Assembly (NCBI GenBank): GCA_012295275.1
Contig: CM022667.1
Span: 20,708,001 to 20,772,000, forward strand
DNA length: 64,000 bases
Origin: Chrysomallon squamiferum
Lineage: Eukaryota; Animalia; Mollusca
Direction: 5' to 3'
Shown one piece after another: positions 1-12,945 of the stretch. The position numbers and the translations under genes are program-made. The notes beneath the pieces are model-generated. The model was not told the DNA's origin. It saw only the letters and a list, made by a program, of their open reading frames with translations, and made no database searches. Every line of letters starts with the position of its first letter. Position 1 is the stretch's first letter.

Positions 1-1659
1 GTCTATTGTCAGTGTGTTCACGTCTGTCTATTGTCAGATTGTTCACGTCTGTCTGTCTATCTGCTGACACTGTGTTCACAGCAGCCTGACAGTTGTCAGA
101 CTGTTTAATCTGTCTGTCTACTGACACTGTTCACATTTGTATGTTTACTGTGAATTACTGTGTAAGAATGTTTATCTTCCAGTGTGTGTTATTACAGAAC
201 AAGTGTGGAAAAAATAAAAACGTCAAACACACCACGTTCAGAGACGCTGTAAAGTGTATTTGTAATTGACATGCATTATGAATGTTCACGAAGTATTTTT
301 ATTTTAAGATTCCCAGACTACATCATTTCAAGCAGACGAGTTATCGTCTGCCGACCTAGCGACACAGCATCAACTTTGAAATCAGCGATGTCGGGGGTTA
401 TTTAGGCTATCAGAAAGTCAGCTAGTCTCGGCATCGAATTGTGAATTACAGGTCTTGGTTCCGAGTCCTCAATCACTCGACAAAACGCTAGTAGCACATT
501 TATTTTCCTGTCTCTCGCTTCCGACTCGCAGCTACCATTATTCCATGATGTGTGTTGTGTTTTTACGTGCTAAACCTCCGTAACTGCGCCTGGTTTGTCG
601 TTTTTCATTTATCACCTCTTTGATTGCACTGTTCTCGTCAATTAGATACTTTTCACTAAACATTTCAATGAATTTGTATGCCCAGCAGTGATTCTGAGGG
701 TGAAAATATTCTTGTTATTGAGTACCGTTTAATGGAGTTAATTAGATTATTATGTTACCCCATTAGCGCCAAGCTATTATTGTTTCGCCTTTGCGTGATT
801 GCTGTCTTTTAAACGCGGTTTGTCGTATCCACGCTGAAAATGCCTTTTGTCGCTTGTTTTGCTTCCGCTGATCGTGTAACGCACCCCACTGTGAGAAGTG
901 ACAGAGGCCACGGTGATCCGATAATACTTGTTAAAATTACTGTTTGTTTTCCGAGCTTATTTCCCCTTGATGAATCCACAGAGAGTTAAAACAAACACGC
1001 GCTCCATGCGACTGACAGGCAGCTACGTTTTTCAAGACACTCGTCCATCGGCAATTCAGAATCTACCCGAAATAGTGTCACAGGGGACAATGGAGTCGAG
1101 GTGTGAAAACAGACGTCGGCGGAGTGGTGAACAGTGTGTTATTCAGACCCCCACAGCGGAGAGATCACTTGTTTAGATTTGAAATGTTACTGAAGATAAT
1201 AACGATGACTTTAAACGGTCTCGTGTTACATTTGTTTGCTTCATAGCCACATCATTTACCCTTAACATAATGGTTAAACTGATGAAATGTGGTAGGCTAA
1301 ACGCCGACAGCTGGATAACTGCTTTCTTTTTTAAATGGTCTTTTGTTTGTTTTGCACTTGTCCAACTGAATTACCGGGTAATGAAATAATCATATTGTTT
1401 GGAAGCCGTTTCCCCCTGAGAAAATTAACTAGCTGCTTTTATCATTTGCTGCATATCGTCTAAATAATTCAGTGATTATGTAACACTATCGGTTTCTTTC
1501 TTTTTATTCTTTATTTTTTCTTTCTTTCTTTCTAAAGTATTACAAAGTAATCTATTTTGCTAGACGTGAAATTTAAAAAAAAAAAAAAAAATAAAAAGTA
1601 CAGTCACACAACAGGTCGGAAATCTGTGTCACAGATCTTCTTCTCCTAGTGTTGTTGTT

Positions 1660-1701
1660 TATTGTTGGTGTTATTCGTATTTTTTTAATTATTATTACAA
1701 T

Positions 1702-1732
<31 letters not shown>

Positions 1733-1794
1733 CTTCTTCCTCTCATTATTATTATTATTATTACTATTACTATTACTATTACTATTACTATTAC

Positions 1795-1849
<55 letters not shown>

Positions 1850-2030
1850 GACTTTTGCGTATTTTTTTATTATTATTCTTTTTTATTGTAATTCTTGTTC
1901 AGGAATATATATCTCAAATAATTTCTAATTAGGACATGACAAAATTAACTGTGGCAGTATGCATTAGTGGCTATTCAGTGGTTATTTCCATAATTACACA
2001 AAACACAATTATAAAATAAATTATTTATTA
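1660..2030 (+). repeat. Copy A of an inverted dispersed repeat (partner at 7495-7790)
   Basis: Core tatgcattagtggctattcagtg plus about 130 bp of flanking similarity and the adjoining (tgc)n/(tgt)n tract are the reverse complement of the 7.5-7.8 kb region. Confidence 0.75.
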
Positions 2031-2226
2031 TTTACCTGTGACTTTTTGATTGAGTTTAATTTGTGTCAGTTTCTTTCAGTCGTCTGGTTTAATTTTTTTT
2101 CTTTCTAGATTTTTATCAGTTATGTGCATGGTTATAATTATGTCTCATGTTCGTTCTCCATTCGGTCATTCTGTTTAGGTTAAAAGTAAGTTTACCTTTA
2201 GAATCATTCACAACATCAAAACTAAC

Positions 2227-2464
2227 CTGCCAGATTTTGTAATGATCATCTCTGTTCCCAATTCGTAAAATTTGTCCCATAATTCCTTTGTTTCAAGACG
2301 ACACTCGACGTGTTCCAAGTCCTTACTTCCTAATGAGCTCACTACTGCTTTCACTTTGCTGTCGTTTCTGCTGCTGATGTCGTCTTTGCAGACGTCCAGT
2401 GTTACGACGCTGTCAGGAGTTCTTGTTTCTGTCCTCTCATAAACGAGAGAGTCCACACATTCGT
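2227..2464 (-). CDS. TBX20: Tbx20 coding exon 2 (start of T-box); downstream exons lie beyond the left window edge
   Basis: Acceptor ttttcag|AC at 2465/2464, donor CAG|GTTAGT at 2227/2226. Encodes CRLETKELWDKFYELGTEMIITKSGR, the T-box start, with a phase-2 intron after GR. Confidence 0.95.
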
Positions 2465-2905
2465 CTGAAAATTTAGAAATGAAATAAAATAACACTCGTC
2501 TAAAAAGTAATCAACAATAGTAACAAATTAATGCAGCCGTCTAAAATAATAACAATAATAATAATTTTTTTTTAAAAATCAAAATCAAAATAACACTCGT
2601 CTGAGAAAAACAAGAAGAAATCAAAATGACACTCGTCTAAAAAATAACAATAATGACAAATTAATATTCTTTTTTAAAATAACAAACACTCGTCTAAAAA
2701 TAACATGAACAAAACAAAACGACATTAGTCTAAAAAATAACAGTAATGACAAATTAATACATTCATCTAACTATAACAACAGTTATAACAAAATAATATG
2801 TTCATTAACCAAATGACACTATTCTAAAAATAACAATAATAAAAAAAATAACACTTGGTTCTAAAAATAAATACAATATTCTCGACGTCATACATTCATC
2901 TAAAT
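2456..2905. repeat. Degenerate tandem array of the Tbx20 exon-2 acceptor junction
   Basis: About 10 copies of (a/g)acactcgtctaaaaa at roughly 35-60 bp spacing. The true junction reads cacattcgtctgaaaa on the plus strand. Confidence 0.75.
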
Positions 2906-3405
2906 ATAATAATTATAGTAACAACAACAAAAACACCTCTTATTATTCTTCTCCATATCCTTAACTGAAAATTATGAACCGTAAAATTTAAATCTATACC
3001 ACATAAAGAAAAACAGTTTTCGATCAATAACTGATAAAAGAACACTTAATAAATTTCGTGTTGCTTTCATATATTATTACAACGTGTCAAATTATTTCAA
3101 AACAACAGCAACCTAAACATTTAAAGTGAGCATTTGGTGATATGAATAAATAGTCCAAATATACTGGTGCAGCTTTCTATTTATGTTTTATTTATTTTTG
3201 ACTATGCCGTTTTAAATTACAACAAAGTAAAACAACAAAATAGCTATATGTGTGTGTGTGAATTACGTTACTGCATTCGCAGTTACGTTACAATACATTG
3301 ATACAATTTTATTTTATTTACTCTTTTTTTACGTCGCCTCAAACAATAAAATGTTAACGTGGCAGATTTTATCAGACCGCTTATTCATACCGCCCAACGT
3401 ACCTT

Positions 3406-3650
3406 TTACAGCCAGTGAACTATATCACAAAAACAAATTTATAATAATAATAATAATAGAAAAGTATAAAAATAAAAATAAAAATAAAATAATAATAATA
3501 ATAATAATAATAACAGCAATAATAATATTAATATTAATAATCTTAACAACAACAACAACAACAATAATAATAATACTTATTATTATTATTATTATCATTA
3601 TTATTATTATTATAAATTTGTTTTTATGTGATATAGTTCACTGGCTTTAA
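3406..3650. mobile_element. Foldback/MITE-like element with about 40-45 bp terminal inverted repeats (possibly non-autonomous Kolobok type)
   Basis: Left agccagtgaactatatcacaaaaacaaatttataataat; right attattataaatttgtttttatgtgatatagttcactggct. Flanks are TTAC and TTAA. Interior is (AAT)n then (ATT)n. Confidence 0.65.
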
Positions 3651-4756
3651 AGTGTTATTATTATTATTTTATTATTACTGTTGTTGTTATGATTATCTCG
3701 ATCTATTTAATTATTTCTATGATGTTTTATAATAATAAAATCCAACTGAAAGAAATAACACCAATTTTTTTATTTCTAATCTAGATAAACTTAATAATTA
3801 AAACAAACATTTTGACTGTCTTTGTCCAGTTACAAAACGTTAAAATAAATTAAAAAAACAAAATAATAGTAAAATAAAATGAAATAATAATAATAATGAA
3901 AACAAAATAAATAAATAAATAAAAATAAATAAATAAAAATGTATACAAACAAATACAAAATTACATAATTAACAAACAAATCTTACTAGTTTGATTCAGT
4001 AATTAATATAATAATAACAATAATAATAATAATAACAATAACAATAACAATAATAATAACAATAATAATAATAATAATAATAATAACAATAACAATAATA
4101 ATAATAACAACAACAACAACAACAACTACAACAATAAACATCTAAAACTTGGCTCCTTCAATTATTTAACACAAAATCATAAATATAAAAATAATTTTGG
4201 TTCTTCTAAAATATTTATATATTTTATACACACATAGATATCCTCTAGGAAATTATTAATAAAATTTTCTTTGTTTTCTAAATAAATTCATGGTTCATTT
4301 TCTTTTTAGATTAAATAGTATCTGATACTGACAGAAAAAAAATATAATATACAAATATTCTTCTTAAAATTATTGTGAAATATTCGTCTAATTAAAGAAA
4401 ATATTTGCATTAAAAACGTTTTTAATTTAGAAAACTGATTTGTAAAAATGGCGATCATGTCTACGAAACTGCTAATTAAGAAAAAAAAGAGAAAGAAACC
4501 ACGCACCCGTAATTAAGAAATGATAATAAAACAATTTTAAACAACAAGAGGAAGCACAAAGGAACAAGAAGGAGTAAAATAAAATATTCAGCACTAGGAA
4601 TAAATCTTGTTAAATATTTTAAATTAATCAGTAATCAGAAGTAGCTATTATGTCTTTGTATAAACAGATCACCGTCAAATCAAGACAAAAATGACGAATC
4701 AAGTGACAAATAATCAAACCATAAATAAAGAAATAAATGAATTAACTAACAAATAA

Positions 4757-4824
<68 letters not shown>

Positions 4825-5312
4825 ACATAATACGTATATATATTTTGCATGTATATATGTATATAAAAAACTGATTTAATTTAGAAACCCTAAAAATAGT
4901 AAATTATTTATTATAAAATGTTTGTTGTCTTTGCCTTTAGCTTCCAACTTATGATGTCTGTCTGTAAAATATGAAACTATATACCTATTTCTAACCTAAT
5001 TATAAAGAATTAAAATTTATTTCGAACAACAACAAGGGTAATAATAATCGAACAGTTTGTTTGGAACAAACGATAAAAGCTAATTACTCTTTTTTATCAA
5101 AAAATACTTTTCTTTATTATTATTATTAGTAGTAGTAGTAGTAATAGTAGTAGTATTATATAAAAATAATAACAATATAGTATTTTAAGTAAATTGTGGT
5201 AATTAAAAATAAATTAAAATACATCAGAATGGTAAATATTTATTAAAATAAACAATTGTATTCTTATTAAGTTCTGTCTGTAGACATTTCGCTGCAAAAC
5301 GTCTCACTGGCA

Positions 5313-5613
5313 AAGGTGTATATTTTAAACAGTTTTATTAGTAATTACAATGTCTACACAGGTGTATATTTTAAACAGTTTTATTAGTAATTACAATGTC
5401 TACACAGGTGTATATTTTACACAGTTTTAAAAGTAATTACAATGTCTACACAGGTGTATATTTTATAAGTGATTACAAAGTCTTCACAGGTGTATATTTT
5501 ACACAGTTCTATAAGTGATTACAAAGTCTACAAAGGTGTATATTTTACAAGTAATTACAAAGTCTACACAGGTGTATATTTTACACAGTTTTATAAGTGA
5601 TTACAAAGTCTAC
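5313..5613. repeat. Minisatellite of 46-47 bp and 36 bp units starting at base +1 of Tbx20 intron 1
   Basis: About 7 copies of aggtgtatattttacacagttttataagtgattacaaagtctacac. Confidence 0.9.
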
Positions 5614-5827
5614 CTGATCGTAAAAGCACGGGCTCCTCGCTGCACGTGCTACCTCTGTCTTCCGGCGTCTGCGTCCTCTCACTTCCTATGATGGCGGCGA
5701 TAGAGAAGGCGCTTGCCCTGCTGGAGAGCTGGGGTTTCTCCACTGTCGTCTCGTTTCCCGAGTCGCATTTTGATGACATTTTACAGTCCTCACTTTTCCA
5801 CGAATCCTTAAATTCTGAACTCGTCAT
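5614..5827 (-). CDS. TBX20: T-box transcription factor Tbx20, coding exon 1
   Basis: ATG at 5827. Encodes KPQLSSRASAFSIAAII, matching the Tbx20 N-terminal eh1 motif (vertebrate KPQLSSRANAFSIAALM). Donor CAG|GTAGAC at 5614/5613; 214 nt, phase 1, joins exon 2 in frame. Confidence 0.92.
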
Positions 5828-6109
5828 AATAAAGACTATATTTTTAAATTATTTTTTATATAATTTTCATGCCCTAAGACGAAGGGCGTTTTTTCAAAAA
5901 ATATTTCACTTATGCTTTGTTTTTAAATTGTGTTACAGTGGTATAGTTTGTATTTAAAGAGTATATGACACTTGCTACAGAAATGTGACAACACTTGGAA
6001 TCCCTGAAGCAGCTGAGTCAAAACACTATAGTAAACAGTGCACCATCTTTCACAAGTTGCAACTGTATTCATTCAACAATTACCTCCCTCATGTCCCAGT
6101 GCAACGCAT

Positions 6110-6125
6110 CCTGCGATTGGCTGTT
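6110..6125 (-). promoter_or_regulatory. Putative CCAAT box in the Tbx20 proximal promoter
   Basis: Minus strand CAGCCAATCGC about 290 bp upstream of the Tbx20 ATG in a locally GC-richer stretch. Motif match only. Confidence 0.3.
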
Positions 6126-6450
6126 TCAAAACGTAGCGCCACGACCACATGTTCACATGTAGGCGGAGCTTACTGGAAAACGAAGGACATTGGACAGAGG
6201 TTAAGAAACCACTAGTCAATAACACCTTTTCTCGTGTGTTTTATGAGACTAAAGTGGTTTGTCAGTATTTTCTTTTTCAGTGATATTATTACTTAATTGG
6301 GTAAATAATTAAATGAACAAATAAAAGAAAAGATATAAAAAAAGAATAAATAAACGTATGTATGAACATTTTGGGGAAATCTTTGCGCATGCTGTATGTA
6401 GATGTGTTTAAAACAATAACACGAAGAGACTAATAATAATAAGAAACAAA

Positions 6451-6514
<64 letters not shown>

Positions 6515-6753
6515 ATAATCATAATCATAATAATATAACTGAATAAATAAATAAAATAAAATAAAATAAAATAACTCAGAAACAGTCGTCATTAAACAGT
6601 TTACTTGTATATGTTACATATAATTATATGGGAAATTTATTTTTGAATTCCTACTCTTTACATTTCATTTTAAATAATTAATTTTGAATTACACCGTTAC
6701 TGTAGCCACAAACATACATATTCACTCACAAAAAAGCAACCCCACACAAACAC

Positions 6754-6800
<47 letters not shown>

Positions 6801-6967
6801 CATACATACCCATACACATTCATATAAAGACAAACGCTTGATTATACATAATTAAATCTATGAATTAATAGTTTAATAATCAGGACGGCTGCTACTGTTA
6901 CTAATGCTATTTTTGTTGTTGTTGTTTTCATTATTACGATAGTATCACCATCACGTTTACTACTACA

Positions 6968-7010
<43 letters not shown>

Positions 7011-7116
7011 TTACCACCATTTTCAGTCATTACATTTACTACTAACAATTATTTATTTATTTAATGTTGTTGTTGCTGTTGTTATTACTGCTACTACAAT
7101 CAGTGGTGTATTGTAC

Positions 7117-7174
<58 letters not shown>

Positions 7175-7241
7175 AACTACTACTACTGCTACTACTACTA
7201 CAACTACTACTACTACTACTACTGCTGCTACTACTCTTTTA

Positions 7242-7286
<45 letters not shown>

Positions 7287-7290
7287 TAAT
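7117..7290. repeat. Compound (TAC)n-(ATT)n microsatellite
   Basis: Directly visible. Confidence 0.95.
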
Positions 7291-7494
7291 ATTATTATTA
7301 TTATTGGCTGTTATTAAATAATTATGCGATGTTAATGAAAACTCTCTCTCTCTGTTCCGTCTGCTTACTAAAACAGTGGAAGAAATAAACTGATAACTTT
7401 ATATAATGTGTACTTATTTATTTAAATAAAGACAGACATAAATAAAAATAAAATAAATTAGTAAATAAAATTTAAGGAAATTATTTTTGACAGG

Positions 7495-7790
7495 TTGGGA
7501 TAACTTATTTCATAATTTACATTTTTGTAATATGCAAATAATCACTGAATAGCCACTAATGCATAATACCACAATTAATTCTGCCACATTCTAATTACAA
7601 ATTATCTGAGATTATATATTCCAAACGTAACTTTACTTTTCTAAATAAAGACAGAAACTGATATTAAAATAAATATGCAAATGTAAATAATAATAATAAA
7701 CAAAAGAAGAAGGAGAAGAACAACAACAACAACAACAGCAGCAGCAACGACAACAACAACACCAACAACAGTAATAATAATTGTAAAAGA
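7495..7790 (-). repeat. Copy B of the inverted dispersed repeat (partner at 1660-2030)
   Basis: cactgaatagccactaatgcata at about 7544-7566 and its flanks match copy A in reverse orientation. Confidence 0.75.
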
Positions 7791-7889
7791 TAGGCCATAA
7801 CAACAACGATAACAATAATTATAAATGGTTCTTCCATTTTCAATTATGATTATAATAATTTCTTAATTAACATCGTCATTCATCATCAT

Positions 7890-7923
<34 letters not shown>

Positions 7924-9756
7924 TGTCGCTTAAATGTTATCATAAATATTTTAAGCAGTTTGTCTATTTATAATTTATTGTTATTAAAGTAATGTTTAAA
8001 CATTTGTAAATTTACGCCAAATTTTTAATATTAGTATAGAGTTTTAATCTGTAACTTTTACACTTACTATATACAAAGAATCAAAAATAGCATTTTTACA
8101 ACAACGAAAATAGCTAAACAGGAACAACTTGTAAACAAATTGCCTTGTTCATCTGTCTGTCTGTATATCTGTCTATCTCACTACGGACATGTCTACTGTA
8201 TTTATCTATTTGTCTGTCTGTCAATCTAACTACATATGTGCCTATCGATATCTCTACTGTATGTATCCAAATATCTGTAACTTACTGACCTGTCTATGTC
8301 TTCACAGTATGTATCTATCAATTTCATTTCTTCTTGTCTTTTTACTATTTTAATTAAATTCATACCAGTATATTGTTGTATTAAACCGTTGTTGTTGTTT
8401 GGGTGTTTATTTTTTAAACAGATTAAAAAAAATTCGGACAGTTTAATTAAACAGTTTTTTCTAGAATCACAAACTACACAATGATATCAATTTAATTTTT
8501 CAGTTATTTATTAGTTAGCGAAAAACAAATATTTTTACACAAATTAATTCATGAATTTGTTTAAATCATTTTCAAAATATAACTTGCCATTTATTGATAT
8601 TCAAACATTAAACATTTTTTATTACACAATTTTTAACCTTAAACATGAATTCAGATTTTATTGTGGCGCTGATCAGCACATTTTTTCTTTAATAAAAACA
8701 ACAAACAAAAAACATAACAAATACATACATTTATTATCATTATTATTATATGCTTTGCTATTTCTTAAGTTCGGAGCTTACAAAAAATACCATTAGTACT
8801 AAAACATAAATAAAAATAATAAAATCAATAAATTAACAAAACGCTGCAGAGAGAGAGCAAAAAAAAAGTATTTTTATTAAAAAAAGAAAAATAAAGAGTC
8901 TTGTAACACTGCTGTTGTTTTAATATTAGAATTAACAGATTAATTCTGTCAATTTATTTGGATATTGGTTTCAGGTTATCTGCTGAACTTTGGATTAATG
9001 GAAGGAAACACGAAATAGAGTGCTGTTATAAATATAATTTATTACCGCTGCTCGATATTTCTTAATTTACTGGAAGGGTTTTAATATCACAGTTTATCTC
9101 ATGCGAAGTGTTTTCCTTGTTTCTAACTCTCGCTGGGGGTTGCACCAACTAATTAAGGTTTATGTTCTTTCTGACTGCTCTTTCCTCCATGTTATTATCC
9201 CTTTATCGCAAGATAACGGGAGAAGTGATGGAAACTTCTTCCGGTTTTGTCTCTTGGGACGAGCGATTAGAGCGCCTCTGTGCCGCGGACTGCTACAAAA
9301 TGGGGCGATAACCAATCAGCAAAAAGCCGATTTTTAAATAATTGCGTTAAAACGATTGGTTGTCAGCTTTCTCACCTAAACTTATCAGTGATCTAAATGG
9401 GCTGTTACCCTTTGGGAGGTAGAGTGCAAAACGACGGTTGTTATCGCGAAGAGATAGTAAAAAAATCGGCGCATGTGCACAATTTGTGACCGTTATTCGA
9501 TTTAGCAACAGCATTTGAGTGTCTTGCTTATCAAGTGAAAGAGAAATTAATTTGTTTAACGACTCATCTGGGGGACAATATGAAAAATTATCAACACATG
9601 GCACATACCAGACAAATACGTGTTCACAATTCCTGCTAAGTAGATGAATGTTTTCCGTACGACTAGTTTCTTTTGTTTTTTATTTTCTAATTTACACATT
9701 TTAATAAGGTTTTTGATTTTGTTTTTTCTACAAAAATTACAAAACATTTTGTTAAC

Positions 9757-9821
<65 letters not shown>

Positions 9822-10851
9822 TTATTTATTTTTATGTTCAAATAACATTATATTTTGAAAGGTTTTGATTTTTTCCACTAGTATCATGCAAATGCATTTA
9901 ATATTTTAAGGAATCAAACTTGTAACGTTTTATAAGGTTTCTAGGTTTTATTGCAGATTATTTGGCTTGATTAGGTCAAGTAAAAGAAAAGAATTGTGCT
10001 AGTCTTAGCATGAAATCAATATTTAATATGTGATACTGTCTGAGGTTTACGTGTAAGGATGCGGATCTAATAATTAATTGGTAAGAGAAACATACATTAG
10101 CTGGAAATCTTCTTTCCTTTTGCACGAGTTGATTATTTTAAACGATTTTTGACTCAAATGAGGAGTAATCTAATCATGGACACAAAACAAAGAATTTTGT
10201 ATTTCATTGCGAGATCGGGTTTGAAGAGAAGAGTAAGGTTATGATAGATATTGAAATTCAAGAACAAGTTTATCCAAATTACCCTTTATTGACAGATGCA
10301 TCACAGCACGAATTGTTTTTCTTACATTCCCGTCCAGTTTTCACACTTTAGTAAAGCTCAGCTTAACCCCACCGGACCTCGCAAAGCGGCGGAATTCCTT
10401 CAGGGTGTCAGTGACTAACCTGACCAAAATGGCGGACAAAAGACGTTGTCAGCAACCTGCTAGATATACACCTGCATGTCGTGATCAATAAGTCTGCACA
10501 GGCATGTGCGTGACTTCTATCAAGGTATCGCAATACTCAGTCGGCCATAGACTTACAAAGCAAAAGAAAACCTCATTTACATGTTACTAATCGCATAAGG
10601 AAATCACGCCAGATTACCATCCAATCTCGGGTGTTCCCGTGACCTCGTGTAAAGTTAACAAAGATGTGAGACCTCTGTTGAAGATAATTTAATACTCACT
10701 CCTCTATTCCGCGGTTAGATTCAGACCCACCAAGAAGGCCACCTTGTATATAACCAAGATTTAAAACACGGAGTAGCGTCTAGTGTGTCCACTTGCCAGA
10801 TTTTTCTACACGGTATGAAGAACTTCACAACAACTGTCACATTTGTTTGTT

Positions 10852-10893
<42 letters not shown>

Positions 10894-12037
10894 TACCTTA
10901 TACATTACGCATAATTTTGTTTTGTTATTAGTATCACTGAAAAATATATGTGCGTATGATCCTATTAACATTTACAGATACAGGAAAAAGAAAGTTGCAT
11001 ACCGAAACAACTAAAGAAATGAATGAAAAGATTTGTATTACTATTAACGTTATAATTCTAGCGCTTACAACTGATGACTGTAAAAATATATCTGTTATAT
11101 AACTTAAGGCCTATGTAAAAAAAAAAAAAAATTACGCACACACATACACATGCACACACACACAAACACACACACATAAACACACACACACACACACACA
11201 AACACACACATAAACACACATACACACAAACACACACACACACACACACATACACACACATCTATATCTTATATATTTTAAATAATAGAAAGGTTTTGCT
11301 ATTTGTTGCTGGACGTGTTGAAATGTGGCTAATACCGGTGTTTGGTATGTGAAGTAATCTCGTGCTGGGACGTCTGCTGGCGCGGTGCGATGACGCTGTG
11401 TTGACCCTAGTGATAAACATTCTGGCAAAACAGACAAACTGGCGACAGGCAAATCAGGCATCATCCGAGAGATTCAAACAGAAACTAATAGTCTAACTTA
11501 ACGTATCTTCAGCAGTCTGCTACAGTCTCGTGATTTTATCATAATCGTTAACTCAGTAATGATAATCGTGTATATTTATTTATGTAATCAAATAATAACA
11601 TAATTCTTGGAGCACAGAATGACCTAAACGGTTTTTCTAATATAGATCTGTTAATAGCAGTGTGTAGTGAAGCTCAACGTTTCGTTTAACTAGAACTTGC
11701 ACCCTGTCAGTTCAGAGTTTGCATTCATGTAAATATATTAAAATAAAAATGCATTTCTCTTGCGTTTTATCTGAATCGGCGAAATTTTGGCCCAGTTGGT
11801 AACTGCGAAATTTCAGTTCAGCGAACGTCATTATGTCCGACATTACGTCACTGTGTCATATCAAAAGATACATTTTTCAATTGGTAACTTCAAAAATTCA
11901 TCTCAAATTCAGTCCGCCGCACAGCAAAGTCACCTATGTCATTTTAAAAAAACTTGAAAAAATGTTTCTCTAAAATGTTATTAAAAATAAATAAATGCAT
12001 AAACTGAACAATAAAAGATAAAGGAATATTAAACAAA

Positions 12038-12072
<35 letters not shown>

Positions 12073-12220
12073 AAATACAATATAATTTAAAAAACAAAAA
12101 AATAGTAAAAAGAATTTAAAATATATATTAAAAAACAACTAAACAAAAATCATAAAGAAAACAGTCCATAAACAAATTTTAATATATACAACAAAATCTT
12201 TATATTGACTTCCTCCTCTA

Positions 12221-12461
12221 GTGGTGGATTATTCTCACCCGAGTATCTGGACACTTATTCGTATTGAAGAGAACTGTGCGGATTGAATCCTAATATGTCA
12301 GGATGCCATTGGCGATCCGCCTAAGAAAACAGTACGCCCTGAGTATCTGCAGTTACCAACTCGTCTGGTGGCTCTTTGCAAAGATCATAGAGAGAGATGG
12401 GCACAAAATGATTCTCCAGTTCATTCATGGAGTTGAACGGAGTATTAGGTGGAAAAATTAA
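12221..12461 (+). pseudogene. Decayed MULE-like transposase C-terminal fragment
   Basis: Frameshifted translation HPSIWTLIR..QDAIGDPPKKTVRPEYLQLPTRLVALCKDH..FIHGVERSIRW resembles invertebrate MULE transposase C-termini (from memory) and the minus-strand relic at 13150-13900. Confidence 0.6.
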
Positions 12462-12896
12462 TTATTTTGAAAACTGACATTGAAATGTGAGAAAACAAAT
12501 CAATAAACTGTATTGTAAGATGGTTTATGTTTTGATTGGTTATTTGACACTGTTTTTTTCTTTCTTTTTTTTTCTCTATTTTTATTTTGTTTAGATAGTT
12601 GGATATTTTTATAAAGTAAATTCGCAGTATATTATATACAGGAAATACACAAGAACCATTGACTGATGGATGCAGAGTGTTTGTGTGTATGTGTGTGTGT
12701 GTGTTTGAATGTTCTTGAGTGTGTTTTGTTCTAGGACTTACTATATACTTTAATGCATTCCCTTGCCCCCCCCTCTCTCTCTCTCTCTCTCTTGCAATTC
12801 AAATAAATTTAATAAAGAACTAAATAAGTAAATATGTATTCAAATCAGTGGTAGACAGAATACAAATATAACAGAAAAAAAATCATGTCTTCATAG

Positions 12897-12945
<49 letters not shown>

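Noticed and set aside
1649-1928. Poly-I/L ORFs and the many similar poly-Y, CV, YVCM, ER and LTLT ORFs in the ORF track
   Set aside because: They are translations of microsatellites or telomeric hexamers, with no splice or homology support.
5646-5957. Plus-strand ORFs overlapping real exons (also 25355-25615 and 56552-57101)
   Set aside because: They are antisense shadows of coding sequence.
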